In this document: positions 18,234-27,354 of the stretch, piece after piece | Layout: the number at the start of each line of letters is the position of its first letter | How positions within the stretch are numbered: position 1 is the stretch's first letter | From: an uncultured archaeon | GTDB lineage: Archaea; Asgardarchaeota; Jordiarchaeia; Jordiarchaeales; Jordiarchaeaceae | Assembly (NCBI GenBank): GCA_964510585.1 | Contig: CAZECW010000025.1 | Location: 1 to 32,000 of the forward strand | DNA: 32,000 bases | Direction of reading: 5' to 3' | Program-made: the position numbers and the translations under genes | Notes under the pieces: model-generated | Told to the model about the DNA's origin: nothing | Databases searched by the model: none | Seen by the model: the letters and a program-made list of their open reading frames with translations, nothing else

Positions 18234-19387
18234 CCCCTCAAATATTTTATTACTTCAACTGCTGATGAGTATCCTGTACATAGGGATGTTCCCAATCCTG
18301 TCATGTAATTTTCTGAAATGGCTGAACAGGCAGCAAAAATATTCTTAAAGCTCTTCCCGTTAAAGACAAGTCTCATCTTTCTATCAGTTTTAAAATACTC
18401 TCTTGCCTGTAGATTTAGGGATGCTTGAAAACCGTTTCCACCCTTTATATTGATTGTATCACTCATTAATTGTCCAGTGGCTATTATGACCACCTTGGAC
18501 CATATTTCCTGTTTAGTATCATTTTCCACTATTTTGATTTTGCAGCCTTTTCCTGTATCCTTTATCTCAGTCGACTGCCATCCTAGTTTAATTTCAACTC
18601 CATTCTCTATACATGGCTTTTCTAGCAATTGTTGTAGTCTTAGTCCGGGAACAGAAGGCGGGAAGGACATAGTTTCAAAAACCTTAGTTCCCAAACTGTC
18701 TTCAAACTCATGTATGATCTCCTCTGTTCGACGCAAACCTAGAACTGGGGGAAACGCCAAATAATCATAGCTTCCCAAATTAAGCCCATTCAGACTTTTG
18801 ATTATATCCTCACTATTAGATTCCAGCAAGAGCGCCAGCGGTACTGGTTGAATTTCGCTCCTATCCAGTTTTACATAGTCTGCGGCCACTCCCCAAATCT
18901 CTCTTAGTGAACGAGCGATTAAAGCTGGGGTGTGGTTTACCAGGTGGCGGAAACCAACTACCAAAACCTTGGAGCCTTCAAGGTTATCTCTTGTTCCCCT
19001 CATTATGCTGGACTGAGCCAATAGAGTGGGTTTAAACAGTCCTAGGGGAGTTAAAAGAGTCTCATTTGTTTCCAGATTTCCCTCATACCTAATAAAAGAA
19101 TCATACTTCTCTCTAAACTCCCGAAAAGCTTCCAAAATTCTTTCCACGCCAACTATAGCGTAAGGGTGGCTGGGATTCCTACTAACAAAATCTTTCAGCA
19201 CTTCCAAGGGCTTTTTGACATCCCTACCGTTAAAATACCCCAGAAAATCTATGGTTCCTGATGAAAGCACTGTGCTGCCTAGACCGGATGCAACCACCAT
19301 AGTGGGGAGCTTCGCCTCGCTGGTTTTTCTGGCAGCCACCAGACCTGCCATACCACAGCCAATCACAGCTACATCAACTTCATGCAT
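18227..19387 (-). CDS. glpB: Anaerobic glycerol-3-phosphate dehydrogenase subunit B
   Basis: VIGCGMAGLVAA, SSGTIDFLG, TPLGLFKPT, FPPVLG, PPSVPGLRL; lies between glpA and glpC. Confidence 0.85.
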   Translation of the reverse strand: MHEVDVAVIGCGMAGLVAARKTSEAKLPTMVVASGLGSTVLSSGTIDFLGYFNGRDVKKPLEVLKDFVSRNPSHPYAIVGVERILEAFREFREKYDSFIRYEGNLETNETLLTPLGLFKPTLLAQSSIMRGTRDNLEGSKVLVVGFRHLVNHTPALIARSLREIWGVAADYVKLDRSEIQPVPLALLLESNSEDIIKSLNGLNLGSYDYLAFPPVLGLRRTEEIIHEFEDSLGTKVFETMSFPPSVPGLRLQQLLEKPCIENGVEIKLGWQSTEIKDTGKGCKIKIVENDTKQEIWSKVVIIATGQLMSDTINIKGGNGFQASLNLQAREYFKTDRKMRLVFNGKSFKNIFAACSAISENYMTGLGTSLCTGYSSAVEVIKYLRGC

Positions 19388-20957
19388 CCTCTTTACCTCG
19401 GTGTCTTATGTTTCCCACCATCTCAAACATGACTTTGGCGAACATGAGTTGCCTAAGTTGGTCTCCCCTAAGTATGTGAGCAACCTTCCACTGTTCATCT
19501 AGGAACTCGACTAGTGAATTCAAAGCTTGTTGCGCCGAAAATTTGAGGTCTTCAACCATGACTTCTGCGGCGCGATGCACGCAGAGTTGGCCTTGGCAGG
19601 TTCCCATACCCAATCTGGTGCGCCTTTTGACATCTCTCAAGTTCTTAGCGAATAATGCTTCAAAACTGTGAACTATCTCTGCTCTGGAAACTAGACTACA
19701 CTCGCATATTAAGCCAGGTTTCTGAGGCATTGCCGACGACATTGTACCATACTTATTAATAATCTCTTTAGCGGTTAAGGAGTTAACTTGAAAACGCCTT
19801 TGAATCTCCTCAAGTGGTGGCGGGGGCCCCTCACTTCCAAGGATTGGCTCCTCTGCAGTTCTACAATTTGCTCTAATTCCCAGCTTCTCACAAACTAGGT
19901 CCGCTGTCTTTTCAGCCATAAGCCTATAAGTGGTGAGTTTCCCTCCCGTAATTGTTACAAACCCTTCCACTCCATCTTCCTCATGGTCAACTAATAACAT
20001 TCCACGTGTAGCTGTACGTCCCGAACCCTCCCCAAAAAGAGGGCGAACCCCCGAGAAAGCTCTTATAATCCGAGATTCTGCAACAATGGGAATCATCTCC
20101 TCCCCCTCCTTCATAATTTTTTCAACCTCCTCATTTTCTGGAAGAATGTTATCCGGGTTTTCTACGAAGGTTGAGGTAGTTCCCAAAATCATTGTAGAAT
20201 AGTGGGGTACGATTATGTCTCCATCCGAGGGGTAACGGAGATGATTAATCACATGATTTATTACTCGATTATTGAGAACTACTAGAGTACCCTTGTTAGG
20301 TCTAATATTCAGCTTTATTCCCACTTGCCTCGCAACAATACCTGCCCAGGCTCCAGTAGCATTAACCACAATTTCAGAAAAATACTTTTCACTCTTCCCG
20401 TTTCTCAACACCTCAACGCCTACAACTGCTCCATCACTTAATATGGGTCTGGCGCTGGTGTAGTTTAGAGCTTCGGCCCCATTCTGCAGTGCAGAAAGCA
20501 CGTTGGAGACGACAAGTAAGAAGGGATCTATGGAGCCATCATTAACCCAAACCGCAGCTTTAATATTTTTGGTCAGAAAGGGCTCCTTCTCTAATGCTTC
20601 TTCAACTGTTATTTCTCTATGTTCAACTTTGGTTTTGCTACAACCTTTAAGAAAAGAATCTAAATATTCCAAGTCCTCATTTCTGGTTGCTACAAATAGC
20701 CCCCCAGTATCCTCAATGGTATGCTTGGCAATCCTTCTGAGAATAATATTTTCCATGGCGCATTCTTGCGCTGACTCAGGGTCACTGATTACGTAGCGTG
20801 CCCCACTGTGCAAAAGTCCATGATTTTTGCCTGAGGCTTCTGAGGCTAAGTCTCCTCTATCAACAAGTAGGGTGCGCACTCCCCTTAGCGATAAGTCTCT
20901 TAGAACACCACTTCCTACTACTCCTCCGCCTATAACAATTACATCAAATTTTGACAT
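19380..20957 (-). CDS. glpA: Anaerobic glycerol-3-phosphate dehydrogenase subunit A
   Basis: IGGGVVG, SGKNHGLLHSGARY, GGKLTTYRLMAE; C-terminal BFD-like cysteines (LICEC...RTRLGMGTCQGQLC). Confidence 0.9.
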   Translation of the reverse strand: MSKFDVIVIGGGVVGSGVLRDLSLRGVRTLLVDRGDLASEASGKNHGLLHSGARYVISDPESAQECAMENIILRRIAKHTIEDTGGLFVATRNEDLEYLDSFLKGCSKTKVEHREITVEEALEKEPFLTKNIKAAVWVNDGSIDPFLLVVSNVLSALQNGAEALNYTSARPILSDGAVVGVEVLRNGKSEKYFSEIVVNATGAWAGIVARQVGIKLNIRPNKGTLVVLNNRVINHVINHLRYPSDGDIIVPHYSTMILGTTSTFVENPDNILPENEEVEKIMKEGEEMIPIVAESRIIRAFSGVRPLFGEGSGRTATRGMLLVDHEEDGVEGFVTITGGKLTTYRLMAEKTADLVCEKLGIRANCRTAEEPILGSEGPPPPLEEIQRRFQVNSLTAKEIINKYGTMSSAMPQKPGLICECSLVSRAEIVHSFEALFAKNLRDVKRRTRLGMGTCQGQLCVHRAAEVMVEDLKFSAQQALNSLVEFLDEQWKVAHILRGDQLRQLMFAKVMFEMVGNIRHRGKEDA

Positions 20958-20965
20958 AGTGATCT

Positions 20966-22501
20966 CTACACAGAAAATTCTGAAAGCCTCGCGTAAATAT
21001 TCTTATCCTTCAAAGCCATGTAAACATCATTGTGTACTTTATATAGCTTATCGTAAATCTCTCGATTCTTTTCATCAGGCTCCTTTCGCTCACCTATCTG
21101 CACCATACTTTCCGCTGCATCTGAAACACTTCTGTATATTCCTACACCCACACCAGCTAAAATGGCTGCGCCCAGTGAAGTGGCCTCCTCCACCTTCCCT
21201 CTAGCCACTGGAATATTATAGATATCTGCCTGAATCTGATTCCATAGTGGGCTGCGTGTGGCTCCTCCTGTGATTCTAACTTCCTCAAATTCTAGGCCTA
21301 ATTCCTTCATAACCTCAATGTTTTTACGAACCTCGAAACAAGCGCCCTCCATTATAGCTCTGATGAGGTGCGCCCTAGTGTGGCCAAGAGCCAAGCCTAC
21401 TATAACTCCTCTTGCATCTGGATCCCAGTAAGGCGCCCCCGCGCCCACAAAGTGGGGTAGTAAGATTATTCCTCCAGAGCCTGGGGGTGCCTGTTCTGCC
21501 ACGCTGCATAGGATGTCGTAAGGATCTTTTCCCAATATTTCTGCCACATTCTTTTCTGGATGCCCCAGCTGGTCTCTAAACCATCTATATACGCTACCAG
21601 TGGTAAACATGCTAGCTTCAACAACCCATTTACCGGGATCGGCGTGGCAACTAAACAGTACACGTTTTTTAGGGTCACGCTTGGGTTTTTCGGTGTAAGC
21701 TAGGAGAAAGGTTCCTGTACCCATAGTTGCCTTAATTCTTCCCGGCTTTATTACCCCCACCCCTAATGCGCCACACTGCTGATCTCCCCCTCCTGTAACC
21801 ACCGGTGTTCCTTCTGCAAAACCAGTCTCTCTCGCCGCCTTCGCGGTTACCTCTCCAATTTTTTCCCCGGAAGCATGTGATTCATTCAATTTTTCGGGTG
21901 GGATTTCCAAGGCGTCGCAAATCTTGTCAGACCACCTAAATTTTTCAACATCAAAAAGCAAAGTCCTTGAAGCATTTGACCAGTCGGTTACAAACATATT
22001 TGACAATTTCATTTCGATGAAGTCATGAACCAGCATGAATTTATAAGTGGAATTGAAAACTTTTGGTTCATTCTCTTTTATCCAGAGAATCTTGGGGGCT
22101 GAAAAATAAGGATCAACTGTGAGACCAGAGATCCGGTATACTTCATCAACACCCACTATCCTCTTTATTTCATCGCATTGTTTAACCGTCCTGCGATCCT
22201 GCCAAACAATAGCATTCCTCAAAGGATTTCCATCTTCGTCGACTGGAACCGTAGTCTCACGCTGATTAGTGACGCTTATACCGACAATATCTTCGGGAGC
22301 GATGCCTGCTTTTTCTATGGCCCTTTTCGAGGTGTTACAAACAGCCCTCCACCAATCCAACGCGTTTTGTTCCACCCAAGCTGGGCGAGGAAAAATACTC
22401 GGGTATTCTTCATAATCTCTAGAAATTTCCACTCCATTTTCATCAAAAATTATGGTTCGGCAACCAATAGTGCCCGCATCCACAGCCGCTATTAACTGCA
22501 T
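20966..22501 (-). CDS. glpK: Glycerol kinase (FGGY family)
   Basis: DAGTIGCR, TNQRETT, NAIVWQDRRT, DWSNASRTLLFD, GDQQ, GAGAPYWDPDARG; first gene of the glp operon. Confidence 0.85.
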   Translation of the reverse strand: MQLIAAVDAGTIGCRTIIFDENGVEISRDYEEYPSIFPRPAWVEQNALDWWRAVCNTSKRAIEKAGIAPEDIVGISVTNQRETTVPVDEDGNPLRNAIVWQDRRTVKQCDEIKRIVGVDEVYRISGLTVDPYFSAPKILWIKENEPKVFNSTYKFMLVHDFIEMKLSNMFVTDWSNASRTLLFDVEKFRWSDKICDALEIPPEKLNESHASGEKIGEVTAKAARETGFAEGTPVVTGGGDQQCGALGVGVIKPGRIKATMGTGTFLLAYTEKPKRDPKKRVLFSCHADPGKWVVEASMFTTGSVYRWFRDQLGHPEKNVAEILGKDPYDILCSVAEQAPPGSGGIILLPHFVGAGAPYWDPDARGVIVGLALGHTRAHLIRAIMEGACFEVRKNIEVMKELGLEFEEVRITGGATRSPLWNQIQADIYNIPVARGKVEEATSLGAAILAGVGVGIYRSVSDAAESMVQIGERKEPDEKNREIYDKLYKVHNDVYMALKDKNIYARLSEFSV

Positions 22502-22541
22502 TCACATTCACCTCTTTTAAACTTCCAAGGGGAGTAAAACA

Positions 22542-22558
22542 ATCAGTAATATACTGAT
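22542..22558. promoter_or_regulatory. Perfect inverted repeat ATCAGTA-ATA-TACTGAT, candidate operator of the glp operon
   Basis: 7-bp arms and 3-bp spacer, 41-57 nt upstream of the glpK ATG and downstream of a TTTTATA box at about 22600-22606 on the minus strand. Confidence 0.55.
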
Positions 22559-22963
22559 AATCTCTAATAAGAATAGCTCTCAAATACGAAACATTTAGCT
22601 ATAAAAATATTTTTCATTCTTCACATAAAGGTAGAATCAAATAGATAACCTATTTCTTGTCTTTGGCTGCAAAGTGCTGTCTTCTAACCAGTCCCTAGGG
22701 CATTTGCAATTTAGCAAGCACCAATCTCTTAAAACACATAGAAGGCGGTGCTTATGTGCATTGTCTGAGGATAGCCTCACAGTTTTTTCAGAAATGTGGG
22801 GCTCAACAGTTGATAGATTACAAAAAAGCAATCCCATTTACAAATATGCAAAAAATCGTCCCTCCCAGTTTGGAACCCTAGATAGTTTACACGCCCATAC
22901 TTATTCTCCGTTAAGAAGCACATTTACCTTCCACAAAATCTACATTTTTAAATGTGTCTTTCT

Positions 22964-22980
22964 CAAAAAAAGAAAATAAA
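22964..22980 (-). terminator. U-rich terminator candidate after the gelsolin gene
   Basis: Minus strand reads TTTATTTTCTTTTTTT about 30-45 nt after the stop. Confidence 0.4.
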
Positions 22981-23009
22981 TAAGGGTCTTTTTGAGAGCT
23001 GGTGTGGAG

Positions 23010-23615
23010 CTAGAGACCTAGAATCTTTTTTAGCTTGTCTGGCTCCTCGCCCTCTTCAACAAAGACTTCTTTTTGTACTCCTACACGCTCCGCGTCGAAT
23101 TTTCTGGCTATTCTACCACCTACAACTTTTTCTCGAACGCTACTTTTTTTACCTTGCCAGATATACACTGTATCGTGGGTATCTATCAAGAAAACATCCT
23201 CTGAGTCTAGAGACGCTTTGGATAGTGGCACTTGAACGAATTGTATATCATCGAGAGTTTCAAACTCTTCCCCTGATATCCTGTACATAACAACTGGGTG
23301 TGTTTTTTTCTCCATTTTTTTGAGTATAGATTTGGCGAGGTCTTGATCCACTATGCGCATTGGACCTACTGTTTTCCTAAATTCTAGTGGTTCACTACCT
23401 TGGTGTACTGTTTCTACGCGAGGTTTGCCTTTGCGTTGCTTATCTATGAGGTCGCTTATGAAGGCGCCAGCGAATTTTTCATCAACTGTTGTTTTTTCAC
23501 CCAACCATATCCATATTCGGTCTCCAGCGTCGACAACATAGGTGTCTCCAGTTGAGAAAACAGGTTGCATTATTTCCTCATAATCGCCTTCCTTAACTAA
23601 GTAAATTTTTGCCAA
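23010..23615 (-). CDS. Two-domain gelsolin-like actin regulator
   Basis: Two repeats of the gelsolin core: FSTGDTYVVD...IWIWLG...EKFAG...VHQGSEPLEF and LDSEDVFLID...VYIWQGKKSSVREK...VEEGEEP. TTG start. Confidence 0.88.
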   Translation of the reverse strand: MAKIYLVKEGDYEEIMQPVFSTGDTYVVDAGDRIWIWLGEKTTVDEKFAGAFISDLIDKQRKGKPRVETVHQGSEPLEFRKTVGPMRIVDQDLAKSILKKMEKKTHPVVMYRISGEEFETLDDIQFVQVPLSKASLDSEDVFLIDTHDTVYIWQGKKSSVREKVVGGRIARKFDAERVGVQKEVFVEEGEEPDKLKKILGL

Positions 23616-23804
23616 GAGAAAACCTTCTACAATAATTTGTGCAATTTATATATTAAATTATTGTTATATTAAATTACCCCTATTGAGCGACTGGATGACG
23701 CCTTATTTAAAAGCTGAATTTTAATGGGAATTATGTTATAGAAACTTAGATTAACTTTTTAAATAGTTCTTTGATAAGGGTAAACAGCTTTTTGAGGTGT
23801 TATT

Positions 23805-24968
23805 ATGAATGTGGCTATAAACTATTGGAAGAGAGTAGAAAATATTAGAGCGGCCATGGAAAGAAACGGATTTGACGTTCTAGTTTTAACGAGAAATAAG
23901 GAGCTTACCTACATTTCTGGGGTATTTATCCCTTGGAGAAGTGCAATGGTTATACCCCTAGATGGCGAAATTCAACTCTACACAGTGCTAAGTGACGCTG
24001 AAAGGATTAAGGATGAAACCTGGCTAGAAAATATTTCAGTTTACGCCCCTATTCCAACCCTTTCTTGGACTGATCAAGTAATTGCATACCTTAAACAAAA
24101 CAATTTAGAAAAATCTACTGTGGGTGTTAACTTAGGCTACACAATTAGAGTTAATGAAGGATACCTATTTGCCTCCGAATATGAAGAGCTAAAAAGCGGG
24201 CTTCCAGACGCCGAGCTGAAAAACGCGGTTCAAGCCCTCGATGAGGTCATTGTAATAAAGGAGAAAGGGGCCATCAAGCTTTTGAGACAAGCTGCAGCAA
24301 TCGCCGATATTGGTATTGATACGGCTCTGGAAACCATTTATCCAGGTATGAGCGAAACAGAGCTTGTGGGTGTTATCGAGGAAGCCATGAGACACGCGGG
24401 GAACCAATGGGCTTGGGCTCTAACTGGGGGTCACGAAGTTGGCACTGGCGACAGAGCCACATACCATATGGGCGCCACTACTCCCGCAACCCAGCGTATA
24501 ATACAACATGGAGACAATGTAGTCGTAGACCTACACAGCATGTACGAAACATATCTGTCAGACCTCACGCATAATATCATCATCGGTAGTCCAACAAGTG
24601 AGCAGAAGAAACTTGCGGAAGTTTATGTCGAAGCTGTAAACACTCTCCTCGACTCTATGGGGCCCGGAGTGAAAGTCGGAGATATTGCCAAGAAGGTAAC
24701 TGAAACTGTCACTAAGGCGGGATACGGAAGTAATGTGGTTCAAATGTTTGGTCACGGAATTGGTGCGATAGGAGACGAGTGGTATCTTCCCATAATCCAA
24801 TATGGCCCCTATAGCGAGAAGACCTTGGAACCGAATATGGTAGAGATTGCTGTATGTATTTTAAATAAACCTGGGGTTGCAGGCTACCGCTTAGAGTACC
24901 CTGTGTTGATAACTAAAAGCGGCGCTGAGCCTCTAGCAAAGACACCTATAGAACCCACCATAATATAG
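23805..24968 (+). CDS. M24 (Xaa-Pro peptidase/creatinase fold) protein with an altered metal site
   Basis: Creatinase-like N-domain, LLRQAAAIAD, VVVDL...YLSDLT, FGHGIG, RLE.PVLIT; SD GAGGTG before the ATG. Confidence 0.82.
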   Translation: MNVAINYWKRVENIRAAMERNGFDVLVLTRNKELTYISGVFIPWRSAMVIPLDGEIQLYTVLSDAERIKDETWLENISVYAPIPTLSWTDQVIAYLKQNNLEKSTVGVNLGYTIRVNEGYLFASEYEELKSGLPDAELKNAVQALDEVIVIKEKGAIKLLRQAAAIADIGIDTALETIYPGMSETELVGVIEEAMRHAGNQWAWALTGGHEVGTGDRATYHMGATTPATQRIIQHGDNVVVDLHSMYETYLSDLTHNIIIGSPTSEQKKLAEVYVEAVNTLLDSMGPGVKVGDIAKKVTETVTKAGYGSNVVQMFGHGIGAIGDEWYLPIIQYGPYSEKTLEPNMVEIAVCILNKPGVAGYRLEYPVLITKSGAEPLAKTPIEPTII

Positions 24969-25407
24969 AAAATCTCTAGCTAAACAATGTTAAATCAGAC
25001 CGTTTTCCAAGCATTACTAAAATAGTATAGAAATCCTCCTTCAAAACCAAGAAATAGAGAAGCAATCTCCCTCCGCTTCCCCAAATTTTCGCATTTTTTT
25101 CCCTTTTGATTGTTTTTAGTTACACATCCAGAGCTTCATCTAAAATCTATTCGTGGAAAATACCCCCAGAAGGCTTGCTAATTACTTCAGAAAAAAGGAA
25201 TACGCAGAAAAGTGTTGAATCTAGAAGCAATAAACTCTAATTTAACTTTGTCAAGTTAGAATTATTGAATAAAATTCATAAAATTTCCAAATGTTTTTTA
25301 TATTAAAATTGGAGTTGCGGATTAATTTTTGTAATTTAAATTAAGTCACTGTTTTCTGAAGAAAAGTTTTATTATTCACGGATTGCCATTATTTATTAAA
25401 GTGAGTA

Positions 25408-26850
25408 GTGGAGCTGACCTTTGTGTCATTTATTGAAGAGCCTCATCTTACTCGAAGTAGGCAAAGATTCAGACTTTTAGCTTCCAATTGTGATAAACTC
25501 ATTAAATCGGTTCTTCAAGTGGTAAATAGCTACAAAGATGGTGGTTTGAACAGACAGGAATTTTTCAGGGATATTCGAGATCGCCAAAAAATAGATGTTG
25601 GTGTCTTAGACAAGGAATTTCTAGAAGAATTGGAGAACAGTGCAGGTATTTTGTACATGCGGGGCGAGTACCGTCTTAATATGAACCGCTTATTAATGCT
25701 AATAAACATGTTTCTCAAAGAAATCGAGCGGGTTGATAAAGATAGGGCTGATGAATTAAGAAAAAATGTTAATCAAATTAATCTCAAAATTGACACTCTT
25801 ACCGGCGAGACCACTGAGGTTGCAAAGACCGCTAAAACAAAGCTACCAGAATATGAGGAAATCGAAAAAGAAGAAATAATTCAAGAACCCGCTGTAGTGG
25901 GGGAAAAGGCGGGATTAGAACCTGTAGATAAAGCTCTCACCACCTATATTAAAGAGTATGACAAACTAAGCCTTGTACAGATATCCTCAGTTTTAGGCAT
26001 ATCTGAAAATGAAGTCAAGAAGAGATTAAGTTACCTGTTAGAACAGGGGATTCTAGTCGGCAAAATACAAGATGAGTATTTCCTAAGAGAAGCAGTAAGT
26101 GTGATACCAACCCCATCAGAATTAGTAAAAGCAGAAGCTGTCACAGAGGTAACAAAAATCACTAAAGAGGCAGTTACACCGACACAAGAAGTAACCGTGA
26201 AACCGCCTGCGATAAAAAGTATTGAGACGCCTATGGTTGAAGAAGCCATCGCTAAAAAACCAGTTCTTAAAGAGCTCGAGGTTGAGAAGCCAGAGGTAAT
26301 AAAAACCACTGTTGAGGAGCCTGTAGTTGAAGAGCCCGTAGTTGAGGAGCCTGTAGTTGAAGAGCCCGTAGTTGTTGAACGTATCGAAAGTGTGGTCACT
26401 AAGGAGGCCGTTGTTGAGACGCCTATGGTTGAGACTGCAGAGGTGGCGCCGCCTGAAGAGGTGACTTATACCCCTAAAGAGATCAAGGAGATTTACAAGA
26501 GGATGAAGATTTTTATTGAGATGGTTTCCCAAGTTCTTGAAATGGTTGTAGTTCCCGATAAGCCTGGATTTGATAGGAAGGCTCTGTACAAGTTGATTTA
26601 TGATTACTACTTCCTTCCCATCGATGGGTCTTTTGATGTGGAACCATTTAAGGAGCTAGCCAAAGAGGGAGTAGTTCGCGTGGAGGAAAACTGGATTAGA
26701 ATTGACTTGGGCAAATCCCTTTCACTTTTCAAAAACAAGTACCTTCCCGGGATTAGGAAGGTTAAAAAGAGAACCGCGTCTAAGCTGGAAAAAGCTTTAG
26801 ACGAAAACATAGAGCAAATGATAAATAATCTCCTAAAGACTAGTGCTTAG
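25408..26850 (+). CDS. Hypothetical protein: N-domain, PCI-like winged helix, E/V/P/T-rich repetitive linker, C-domain resembling the N-domain
   Basis: aa 175-226 YIKEYDKLSLVQISSVLGISENEVKKRLSYLLEQGILVGKI fits a PCI C-terminal winged helix; linker carries (VEEPV)x4. Start uncertain (GTG). Confidence 0.72.
   Translation: MELTFVSFIEEPHLTRSRQRFRLLASNCDKLIKSVLQVVNSYKDGGLNRQEFFRDIRDRQKIDVGVLDKEFLEELENSAGILYMRGEYRLNMNRLLMLINMFLKEIERVDKDRADELRKNVNQINLKIDTLTGETTEVAKTAKTKLPEYEEIEKEEIIQEPAVVGEKAGLEPVDKALTTYIKEYDKLSLVQISSVLGISENEVKKRLSYLLEQGILVGKIQDEYFLREAVSVIPTPSELVKAEAVTEVTKITKEAVTPTQEVTVKPPAIKSIETPMVEEAIAKKPVLKELEVEKPEVIKTTVEEPVVEEPVVEEPVVEEPVVVERIESVVTKEAVVETPMVETAEVAPPEEVTYTPKEIKEIYKRMKIFIEMVSQVLEMVVVPDKPGFDRKALYKLIYDYYFLPIDGSFDVEPFKELAKEGVVRVEENWIRIDLGKSLSLFKNKYLPGIRKVKKRTASKLEKALDENIEQMINNLLKTSA
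26311..26370 (+). repeat. In-frame tandem repeat, 2 x 30 bp (4 x 15-bp VEEPV units)
   Basis: GTTGAGGAGCCTGTAGTTGAAGAGCCCGTA occurs twice exactly, head to tail. Confidence 0.95.
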
Positions 26851-26992
26851 CGGCGATGAGGGTCGTTCAGATTAGTCTGATTCACTCCATTTTTGGGCTC
26901 TGAATGGGTAGAGGGTTCCCATGGTTACTTCCTTGTGAGGCAGAATAGAAAGAATCCAAATCTCCGGCTACGGTTTTGGTTGATTTTATAGG

Positions 26993-27280
26993 TTAGATGT
27001 TCTTGCAGTAGCCTATTATTTCAAAGTCTTCTTCGTCGAATTCGTTGGCAGTCCATTCTTCTATTTCTTTTATCATTTCTTTTATTTTTTCTGGCGGTCC
27101 GTAAATTGTATCCTTTGTTACGTTAAGTCTGTATTTTGACTTTGCGCAATCTTCTATGGCTAATTTTAGGAATTTTTCAGCTTTGTCTTCGGATATACGA
27201 AACTTTTCAGCTAATCCCGGAATTATCTGCCTCTTTTTTTCCACAAGTTCGACAGAAGAAACGTTCTCGCTCATTTCCAT
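26993..27280 (-). CDS. Small acidic hypothetical protein
   Basis: 95-aa ORF with a typical charged helical composition, directly downstream of and co-oriented with the TIGR00300-like gene. Confidence 0.65.
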   Translation of the reverse strand: MEMSENVSSVELVEKKRQIIPGLAEKFRISEDKAEKFLKLAIEDCAKSKYRLNVTKDTIYGPPEKIKEMIKEIEEWTANEFDEEDFEIIGYCKNI

Positions 27281-27354
27281 ATGGGCTCCGTTATACTTTT
27301 ATTGTTTAGGGGGTTTAACTTTTTGCTTATTCTCTTTTTTATTTTTCTATTATT

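Noticed and set aside
22637-22979. Short ORFs on both strands between glpK and gelsolin
   Set aside because: Atypical composition, overlapping each other, no motifs.
26031-26532. Antisense ORFs with (TGSST)n or (NYRLL)n repeats
   Set aside because: They are reverse-complement readings of the VEEPV repeat.
26853-26903. C/D-box sRNA-like pattern (GCGATGA ... CTGA ... CTGA)
   Set aside because: The C box is imperfect, there is no C' box, spacer lengths are atypical and no rRNA target was identified.
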